A stretch of DNA of 64,000 nucleotides, from assembly GCA_965215005.1 (NCBI GenBank), contig CBDCCZ010000010.1, forward strand, positions 128,001 through 192,000, in the 5' to 3' direction. A program made the position numbers and the translations under genes. This DNA comes from Kofleriaceae bacterium (GTDB lineage Bacteria > Myxococcota_A > Polyangia > Haliangiales > Haliangiaceae). Shown here piece by piece: positions 56,846 through 64,000 of the stretch. The number at the start of each line of letters is the position of its first letter. Within the stretch, counting starts at the first letter, position 1. The notes below the pieces were generated by a model that made no database searches, was not told where the DNA came from, and saw only the letters and a program-made list of their open reading frames with translations.

Positions 56846-58415
56846 TCAGCTGCGACCGAGAAGGGGAAGACAGACGGTGAAGACAGTGGAGTTGGGACGA
56901 GACCTGGCGTCAACGGTACCGGCGTGAGCGGTGACGATGCGATGAACGATCGCGAGCCCTAGGCCGGTCCCGGATTCCTTGGTCGTATAGAACGGCTCGA
57001 AGATAGGCCCATCGTGCGGAATCCCCGGCCCATCGTCCTCGACCTCGAGCACGGCCTCGTCGCGCCGCGCTTCCACGCGCACCCGCACGCAGCCCCCGGC
57101 ACCAGTCGCCTCCACCGCGTTGCGCACCAAGTTGTGAAGGACCTGCTTGATCTTCTCGTCGTCGTACTGCGTGCGCACCGAGTCCCCAGGCTCCAGCACC
57201 AGGTCGACCCCGCCGACCTCGGCCTCGGGACGGATCAGCGCGACGATCACCTTGGCGGTTTGGCGCAAATCACCGCTCGCTCGACCGAGCGGCTGCGGGC
57301 GCGCGAAGTCGAGGAACTCGCCCACCAGCGTTGCCAGCCGCTTTATCTCGCCCACTGCCAACACCGCCGCTTGCCGCGCACCAGGCACGTCTGGCTGATC
57401 GCGGCCGAGTCGGCGATCGAGCAACGTGAGCTGCAGGTGCGCCGAGTTGAGCGGATTGCGGATCTCGTGCGCGAGTCCTGCGGCCATGGTGCCGAGGGAA
57501 GCCAACCGTTCGGCGCGGCGGGTGCGGACCGCCAGCTCGTGCTCCTCGGTGACGTCGAGGCCGATCGCGCAGAGAATGGTGCGCTCCGGCTCCGTCAAGG
57601 TAGTCAGCTGCCAACGCACTCGGTGCTCACGACCCTGGGGATCGCGCACTGGAGTCTCGAAGGGCGGCAGGTGCTTACCCGCGAGAAGCTCGCGTTCATG
57701 CGCAGACCAGCGATTGCCGTCGGTGCCGAAAAGCTCGTACCAGGTGCTGTGGCGCGCCTCTGCCCTAGCAATTCCCCGTGAGCTCTTCGCAACGGCGGTT
57801 GAATAGCAGAATCGGTCGACCCGGCTCCCACGTAACGATCAGGGCCTCGCCCGTCTCGACGATCTCTTGGTAACGCGCCTCGCTTAGAGCGAGCTGGCGC
57901 ACGAGGAGCTCTTTCTCGACGCGCTCGAGATGTTGAAGCCGCGCCAGCGACGCTTCTGCGTACGTCTCGAGCATGATCGCGAGCTCGAGATCGAGGATCT
58001 TATGCAGCGCCGTTGACACTGCCACTTGCTCAGCCGGCTCAGCGATGGCCTCGCGCGCGATGCGCAGCAGCGAGCGGCGAACCACGTCCATTGCACCGAA
58101 CATGTAGCGCTGCGGCAGGGCGATTTCGACGTGGCGGCGACCGATGCGAGCCCGCCGCTCGAAATACCGCTGATCCCACGGTCCCTCGAGGAGCTCGCGC
58201 ATCCATACCTGCAGCGTGCCTTTGAGACGATCGATCTGCGCATCGTCCACGAACACCCGCCGTGCGTCTTCGTGGTGCGCTAGACGCGCGTAGAACTGTT
58301 CGGCGATGGCCGCGAAATGCGGAGCCGCAAGCGGCGCCAAGCGCTGAAGAACACGCTCATCCGCGGCACCGAATTCCATGTAGCGCCGCATCTCTTCGAA
58401 GAAGACCTCCGCCAC
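56846..58415 (-). CDS. protoglobin-PAS-histidine kinase (globin-coupled O2 sensor, NmpU-like), +1 frameshift at ~57775
   Basis: Globin motifs [39 protein letters not shown]. Removing one G from acGGGGaa joins the two ORFs ([18 protein letters not shown]). Confidence 0.87.
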
Positions 58416-58493
58416 CGCACGACGTCTTACCACATGGCTGGCGGATGCTCCGCCGGCCACCGCGCCGACAAGAAACTGCGACCCCGGAGTTGA

Positions 58494-58548
58494 GCGCAAA
58501 CGTTGCGTGACTGCAACGCAAGAATCTCGCTGAACGCAAAGCTTGCGC
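58494..58548. promoter_or_regulatory. CGCA-N5-TGCG enhancer palindromes upstream of ccoN
   Basis: GCGCAaacgtTGCGT (58494-508) and ACGCAaagctTGCGC (58534-548). Confidence 0.7.
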
Positions 58549-58567
58549 GCCTCACGCGCCGCAGAGC

Positions 58568-58583
58568 GGGCACACGACTTGCG
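58568..58583 (+). promoter_or_regulatory. sigma54 promoter of the cbb3 operon
   Basis: GGGCACACGACTTGCG. Confidence 0.7.
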
Positions 58584-58601
58584 ATGCAGCGCGGCAACGT
58601 C

Positions 58602-60767
58602 ATGCAACCCTCATCGACTTTTCGCTACGACGACAAGAGCACGCGGATGTTCGTCGTCGCCACCTTGTTCTGGGGCGCCGTCGGCATGCTGGTGGGTCTG
58701 CTATTGGCCCTTCAGCTGGCACTCCCGGAGCTAAACCTGCCGCCGTACTTCACCTTCGGGCGGCTACGACCGCTGCACACCAATGCGGTGATCTTTGCCT
58801 TCGCCGGCAACGCGGTGTTCGCAGCGATGTACTACTCGAGCCAACGGCTGCTACGCACGAGGATGTGGTCCGATAGGCTGAGCAAGTTCCACTTCTGGGG
58901 CTGGCAGGCGATCATCGTCGCGGCCGCCATCACGCTGCCCCTCGGCTTTACCCAGGGCAAAGAGTACGCCGAGCTCGAGTGGCCGATTGATATCGCCATT
59001 GCAGTGGTTTGGGTGGCGTTCGCGATCAACTACTTCGCGACTCTGGCGATTCGCCGCGAGCGCCATATGTACGTCGCGATTTGGTTCTACATCGCGACCA
59101 TCGTCACCGTTGCCATCCTGCACATCTTCAACAACCTGGTGATGCCCGCTGGCATTCTGAAGAGCTACTCGCTGTATGCCGGTGTTCAAGACGCCTTCAT
59201 GCAGTGGTGGTACGGGCACAACGCGGTGGCATTCGTCCTCACGACCCCGTTTCTCGGCATGATGTACTACTTCCTGCCCAAGGCGGCCGAACGACCCGTA
59301 TTCTCGTATCGGCTTTCGATCATCCACTTTTGGACCTTGGTGTTCATCTACATCTGGGCGGGCCCGCATCACCTGCACTACACCGCGCTGCCCGGTTGGG
59401 CTTCTGCGCTCGGCGTGATCTTCTCGGTGATGCTGTGGATGCCGTCCTGGGGCGGCATGATCAACGGCTTGCTCACCTTACGCGGCGCCTGGAACAAGGT
59501 CGCCCAGGATCCGGTGCTCAAGTTCTTCGTCGTTGCCATCACCTTCTACGGCATGGCGACGTTCGAAGGCCCGATGATGTCGGTCAAAAGCGTCAACTCG
59601 CTGTCGCACTACACCGACTGGACCATCGCCCACGTTCACGCCGGCGCTCTCGGCTGGGTCGGGTTCATGACCTTCGGCATGATCTATTGGCTGGCGCCGC
59701 GCTTGTTTCAAGTCGAGCTGTATTCCAAGCGACTCGCCACCGCGCACTTCTGGATAGCCACCATCGGTATCGTTGTCTACGTCGTCGCTATGTGGTCGGC
59801 CGGCATCACGCAGGGCCTAATGTGGCGCACCTTCGACGAAACCGGCCGCCTGCAGTACCCGGACTTCCTGCAGACTGTTGTCGAGTTGATCCCAATGTAT
59901 TGGGTTCGCGCTATCGGCGGCGGCATGTACGTCATTGGCGCGCTGATGTGCGGGTACAACGTCTTCCGAACCTGGAAGGCGCGTCCCGCCAAGTACGATG
60001 AGCCAGAAATCAACGTCCCGCCACTGCAGCCGGTCGAAGCCGCCGAGTTGGTCACTGGCGAAGACGTGAAGGTGGTCAAGGAGAGCTTCCATCGCCGCTG
60101 GGAGCGGCTGCCGCGCCTGTTCACCATCCTCACCGTTGGTGCCGTGGTGATCGCGTCGCTGTTCGAGATCATCCCAACCTTCGTCATCGGCTCGAACGTC
60201 CCGCGAATCGCCTCGGTGAAGCCGTACACACCACTCGAGCTGTACGGCCGCGACATCTACATCGCCGAGGGTTGTTACAACTGCCACTCGCAGATGGTGC
60301 GCCCGTTCGTAGACGAGGTCGTTCGCTACGGCGAGTACTCTAAGCCAGGCGAGTTCGTCTATGACCACCCCCATCAGTGGGGCAGCAAGCGAACCGGACC
60401 AGACCTGCATCGTGAGGGCGGGCGCCGCAACCACCTCTGGCACGTTCACCACTTTGCGAATCCGCGGTCGACCTCGCCCGGGTCCATCATGCCGCCGTAC
60501 CCGCATCTCTTCGCAAGCGAGATCCCGTGGGACGACGTGCAAACGCGCGTCGACGCGATGGCCATGCTCGGGGTCCCTTATGGCGCTAACGAGCTACAGC
60601 AAGCGGCCCAGGTGGCAAAAGCGCAAGCGAAGGAGATTGCCGCCGAGATCGCGGTGCAGGGCGGTCCCGCTGGTCTCGATAGTAAGCAAGTCATCGCGCT
60701 CATCGCATACATGCAGCGGCTCGGCACCGATATCACCGCCGACCATCCCGCAGATTCGAGGAGATGA
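58602..60767 (+). CDS. ccoN: fused cbb3-type cytochrome c oxidase subunits I and II (CcoN-CcoO)
   Basis: FGRLRPLHTN, QWWYGHNAV, GPHHLHY, HVHAGALGW; then EGCYNCHSQMVRP, WGSKRTGPDL. Confidence 0.97.
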   Translation: MQPSSTFRYDDKSTRMFVVATLFWGAVGMLVGLLLALQLALPELNLPPYFTFGRLRPLHTNAVIFAFAGNAVFAAMYYSSQRLLRTRMWSDRLSKFHFWGWQAIIVAAAITLPLGFTQGKEYAELEWPIDIAIAVVWVAFAINYFATLAIRRERHMYVAIWFYIATIVTVAILHIFNNLVMPAGILKSYSLYAGVQDAFMQWWYGHNAVAFVLTTPFLGMMYYFLPKAAERPVFSYRLSIIHFWTLVFIYIWAGPHHLHYTALPGWASALGVIFSVMLWMPSWGGMINGLLTLRGAWNKVAQDPVLKFFVVAITFYGMATFEGPMMSVKSVNSLSHYTDWTIAHVHAGALGWVGFMTFGMIYWLAPRLFQVELYSKRLATAHFWIATIGIVVYVVAMWSAGITQGLMWRTFDETGRLQYPDFLQTVVELIPMYWVRAIGGGMYVIGALMCGYNVFRTWKARPAKYDEPEINVPPLQPVEAAELVTGEDVKVVKESFHRRWERLPRLFTILTVGAVVIASLFEIIPTFVIGSNVPRIASVKPYTPLELYGRDIYIAEGCYNCHSQMVRPFVDEVVRYGEYSKPGEFVYDHPHQWGSKRTGPDLHREGGRRNHLWHVHHFANPRSTSPGSIMPPYPHLFASEIPWDDVQTRVDAMAMLGVPYGANELQQAAQVAKAQAKEIAAEIAVQGGPAGLDSKQVIALIAYMQRLGTDITADHPADSRR

Positions 60768-60952
60768 GACCAATGAGACTCGCCGATCTGGTCAGCAACA
60801 TGACCCCGAGCACGTTCACCATCATCGCGACGATCATCTTCGTCACCGTCTTCGTCGCCGTCGTCGTTCGCGCACTATCGCCGAGCGCACGTGCCGAGCA
60901 CCAGCGCGCCCTGCAGCTGCCGCTCGACGACGAGCTCAAAGGTAGCAAATGA
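60764..60952 (+). CDS. ccoQ: cbb3 oxidase small subunit
   Basis: One TM followed by ..LPLDD, located between ccoO and ccoP. Confidence 0.75.
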   Translation: MRPMRLADLVSNMTPSTFTIIATIIFVTVFVAVVVRALSPSARAEHQRALQLPLDDELKGSK

Positions 60953-61608
60953 ATCAGAAGCCACCCTCAGCACCGAGCAGCGATACACCGCACTTCGATA
61001 GCGGCCCCGGCACCGACCTAGTCACAGATGGTCCCGGCGACCCACTGCTACTCGAGCACGAGTACGACGGCATTCTCGAATATGACAATCCGTTGCCTGG
61101 CTGGTGGTCCGGGATCTTCATCCTGACCATCATGTTCTCGATTGGGTATTGGGTGTGGTTCTCGTTCGGTGGCCCTGGCGCAGACGACGAAGCGTCGTTC
61201 GACCGCGCCTGGGCCGTCTACTCGGAGCAAAAGGCGCGACTCGAGCGAGACAACAGCTTCACGGTCAATGAACAAGTGCTCGCGCGCATGGCCGCCGACC
61301 CGCACGCGGTCAACGTCGGTCAGTACATCTTCGCTCAGCACTGCGTAGGCTGCCATCTCGCCGATGGCAGCGGCATCGTCGGGCCCAATCTCACCGATGA
61401 GTTTCAAATTCACGGAACCACCGGTCTCGACCTCTACGAAACCATCCGCGACGGTGTTCCCGACAAGGGCATGATTGCCTGGGGCGTCACGCTCTCGGAA
61501 AAAGACATGGCCAGCGTCGCCGCGTACGTGTGGACGCTTCGGGGCAAAAACCTATCCGGCAAGGAGCCGCAAGGGGAGCGCATCGCGGACGCCGCCGAGT
61601 CGCCCTAG
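60949..61608 (+). CDS. ccoP: cbb3 oxidase subunit III, monoheme
   Basis: HEYDGILEYDNPLPGWW, single CVGCH, GPNLTD. Confidence 0.93.
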   Translation: MNQKPPSAPSSDTPHFDSGPGTDLVTDGPGDPLLLEHEYDGILEYDNPLPGWWSGIFILTIMFSIGYWVWFSFGGPGADDEASFDRAWAVYSEQKARLERDNSFTVNEQVLARMAADPHAVNVGQYIFAQHCVGCHLADGSGIVGPNLTDEFQIHGTTGLDLYETIRDGVPDKGMIAWGVTLSEKDMASVAAYVWTLRGKNLSGKEPQGERIADAAESP

Positions 61609-61635
61609 CGATGACCCTGCCAAAGGGTTTGCATC

Positions 61636-63054
61636 ATGAACAACAAGACTGTTGTCGTCCCCAAGGCCCCAGGCCCGGTTCTCTCCACTCTCAACTCAGA
61701 TGGCACTCGCCATAAGATTCGCCCAAAGGTGTCGCGTGGGCGCTTCTGGAAGCGACGCGGTGTGCTCGCCTATGCCTTGATCGCGCTGTTCATCGGGCTA
61801 CCGCTTCTCGAGATCAACGGCCATCCAGCGCTGCTCTTGGATGTTGCAGGGGCGCAGCTGTTCGTATTCGGCCTGGTGTTTCGCCCCAGCGATGGCGTCT
61901 TGTTGATGCTCTTGGGACTAACGCTCGTGCTCGCGGTGTTTCTGATAACTGCGCTACTCGGGCGAGCCTGGTGTGGTTGGGCGTGCCCCCAAACGATCTA
62001 TCTCGAATGGGTGTACCGGCCGATCGAGCGCCTCATCGAAGGCACGCCCAAGCAACAGCGAGAGCTGGACGCTAGCCCCGGCATGCCGAAGCGTCGTCTG
62101 CTGACCTACGCGGTGTTCGCGGTGCTGTCGTTCTTCGTAGGCAACATCTTTCTGGCCTACTTCGTTGGTGTGCAGACGCTGCTCACCTGGATCCAGAGCT
62201 CGCCCCTGCAGCATCCGGGAGGGTTTACGGTAATGGCCCTGGTCGGCAGCTTGATGTTCCTCGACTTCGCCTGGTTCCGCGAACAAACGTGCATTCTGGC
62301 CTGTCCCTACGGCCGCCTGCAGACCGTGCTCCTCGATCAGAGCTCAACCATCGTTGGCTACGATCCAGCGCGCGGCGAGCCGCGCGGCAAGCCGGGCAAG
62401 CTGACACACGCCGCGCCGCGCAACCTCGGTGACTGCATCGACTGCCATGCATGCGTTGCGACCTGCCCCACCGGCATTGATATCCGCGACGGTCTGCAGA
62501 TGGAGTGCGTGAGCTGCACGCAGTGCATTGACGCGTGCGACGCCATCATGGACAAGGTTGGGCGTCCGCGCGGACTGATTCGCTACTCCTCGCAAGAGGA
62601 GCTAGCGGGCAAGCCAAACCGCATTCTGCGCACCCGCACCATCGTCTATCCTGCGCTGCTCGCGCTGGTCGTAATCCTGCTCATCTGGCAGCTTGGAGAT
62701 CGGCCGACCACCGAGGTGTGGCCTCTGCGGGCGCAGGCGCAGTCTTTCGCGGTGCTCGCCGATGGTCGGGTGTCATCGCAGACGCCGCTGCGCGTCGAGA
62801 ATCGGCAAGACGAGATCCGCCGGTACACCGTTGAGCTCCACGATGCCGGTGACGTCACGGTCGCTGCGCCGCGAGCGCCAATCCAGATCGACCCGGGCGC
62901 CTCGAGCATCATCAACGTCATCACGCTTGCGCCTCGCAGCAGCTTCGCCGGTGGTGAACGCCGCGCCACCATCGTAGTGCGCGACGACAGCGGTTGGCAG
63001 AAGCGCCTGCACGTAACCCTCATGGGTCCGACGACCCAAGGAGCCTCGCGATGA
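61636..63054 (+). CDS. ccoG: cytochrome c oxidase accessory Fe-S protein
   Basis: GRAWCGWACPQT, CPYGR, CIDCHACVATCPTGIDIR, ECVSCTQCIDAC. Confidence 0.95.
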   Translation: MNNKTVVVPKAPGPVLSTLNSDGTRHKIRPKVSRGRFWKRRGVLAYALIALFIGLPLLEINGHPALLLDVAGAQLFVFGLVFRPSDGVLLMLLGLTLVLAVFLITALLGRAWCGWACPQTIYLEWVYRPIERLIEGTPKQQRELDASPGMPKRRLLTYAVFAVLSFFVGNIFLAYFVGVQTLLTWIQSSPLQHPGGFTVMALVGSLMFLDFAWFREQTCILACPYGRLQTVLLDQSSTIVGYDPARGEPRGKPGKLTHAAPRNLGDCIDCHACVATCPTGIDIRDGLQMECVSCTQCIDACDAIMDKVGRPRGLIRYSSQEELAGKPNRILRTRTIVYPALLALVVILLIWQLGDRPTTEVWPLRAQAQSFAVLADGRVSSQTPLRVENRQDEIRRYTVELHDAGDVTVAAPRAPIQIDPGASSIINVITLAPRSSFAGGERRATIVVRDDSGWQKRLHVTLMGPTTQGASR

Positions 63055-63497
63055 GTGGACGTCTCTGGATTGGGTTGGTCATCGGGCTCTTGCTCGGCAA
63101 CGCCGCAGCAATGGGCGTGCTGTTGGCCAAAGCCGGCGATACCAGCCAGCGCGTGTTGCCCGATTACTATCGCCGCGCAGTGGCCTGGGACGAGACCGCC
63201 GCAGCCCGTCGCGCCAGCGCCGCGCTCGGCTGGTCGGTGGAGGCCAGTCTCGACGGTGTCGGTGCCCTCGTGAGTCTCGTAGATGCCACCGGCGCGCCAA
63301 TACGCAACGCCCACGTTGCGGTCGCGGTGCGGCCGCGCAGCCGCGCTGACCACGTCCGCTCCGCGCGCTTGCAGGAGATTAGCGCAGGCCACTACCAAGG
63401 CGCGCTGCCGCTGGCGCAACCGGGGCTGCAAGAGCTCGAGCTGACCGCCAAACGCGGCGCCGATACCTTTCTCTACACCACGGTCATCCAGCCATGA
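63051..63497 (+). CDS. ccoH: FixH/CcoH family protein
   Basis: N-terminal TM, PDYYRRAVAWD, GHYQG; ATGA overlap with ccoG. Confidence 0.8.
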   Translation: MSGRLWIGLVIGLLLGNAAAMGVLLAKAGDTSQRVLPDYYRRAVAWDETAAARRASAALGWSVEASLDGVGALVSLVDATGAPIRNAHVAVAVRPRSRADHVRSARLQEISAGHYQGALPLAQPGLQELELTAKRGADTFLYTTVIQP

Positions 63498-64000
63498 TGG
63501 CGCTGCTCATCGGTGTGCTGATCGCCGGCGTCACCGCCAGTCTGCACTGCGCGGCCATGTGCGGCCCGTTTGCGGCGCTGTCGCAGCATCAATTCGGCTT
63601 CGCGCTCGGCCGCCTCGGCTCCTATATCGCGCTCGGCGCAGTCGCTGGAACGGTTGGCGCCGCGGTCAACGTGGCTGGAAATCTGGCCACCATAGGCCCG
63701 GTGGCGATGGCCCTCGCGGGCGCCGCAATGGTCGCATGGGGCGCCGCATCGATGGCTCGCGCGCTTGGCTGGCGTCGCAAGAGCGAGGGCACCGGAGCCA
63801 CCCAGCCGATGCTGTTTGCGATTCGCCGCCGCCGAGGGGCCTGGCGCGGCGCGCTCATCGGAGCGTTCACCGTGGTTCTTCCGTGCGGTTGGTTGTGGGC
63901 CTTCGTGGTTATCGCCGCCGGCACCGGCGCGCCGCATACCGGCGCCGCTGTGATGGCAGCGCTATGGCTCGGCTCAACGCCTGCGCTGCTCGGCGCCGGC
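63494..64000 (+). CDS. DsbD_2/TauE-SafE-like cbb3 biogenesis membrane protein (3' end outside window)
   Basis: Manual translation MMALLIG..SLHCAAMCGPF..GRLGSYIALG..LPCGWLW. Confidence 0.85.
   Translation, partial: MMALLIGVLIAGVTASLHCAAMCGPFAALSQHQFGFALGRLGSYIALGAVAGTVGAAVNVAGNLATIGPVAMALAGAAMVAWGAASMARALGWRRKSEGTGATQPMLFAIRRRRGAWRGALIGAFTVVLPCGWLWAFVVIAAGTGAPHTGAAVMAALWLGSTPALLGAG

Noticed and set aside
58602..61608. ccoN-ccoO fusion and monoheme ccoP as a novelty
   Set aside because: Already known from Bacteroidota and several deltaproteobacterial lineages

Overview
GC-rich bacterial chromosomal window with about 55 genes. The gene content (two eukaryotic-like Ser/Thr kinases, DUF1592/DUF1552 module, Asp-Ala-Gly-rich lipoprotein linkers, several sigma54 promoters, fused ccoNO) points to a Myxococcota-type organism; this is inference. 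Left to right: a Ser/Thr kinase-STAND ATPase gene running off the left edge, preceded by an FAD oxidoreductase and an acetoacetate-decarboxylase-like gene; PAS hybrid kinase; tex; C1A protease lipoprotein; acyl-CoA/lipid genes; two OmpR-type two-component pairs (one PhoB/PhoR-like); an AGPS-like/GlcE-like FAD oxidase pair with a displaced GlcF-like Fe-S gene; an orphan N6-adenine methyltransferase; a PhoD/acid phosphatase/DUF1552 x2/DUF1592 cluster; a UPF0016+TerC cassette bracketed by an inverted pair of ~150-bp hairpin-rich CTAG-bounded repeats; a glycoside hydrolase; proline dehydrogenase; tRNA-Phe(GAA); a second Ser/Thr kinase; D-lactate dehydrogenase; a protoglobin kinase plus NtrC-type regulator with its palindromic sites; and a cbb3 oxidase operon running off the right edge. 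Most notable non-genic structure: (1) the inverted MITE-like repeat pair with a third relic near tex, (2) four bidirectional promoters whose two -10 boxes share one TA, plus many leaderless starts, (3) an 11-bp-period Pho-box-like array in a 600-bp gap, (4) an exact gene-length DUF1552 tandem duplication. Four genes each carry one extra base in a short homopolymer, most likely assembly errors. All calls are from reading motifs by eye; no database searches were run.
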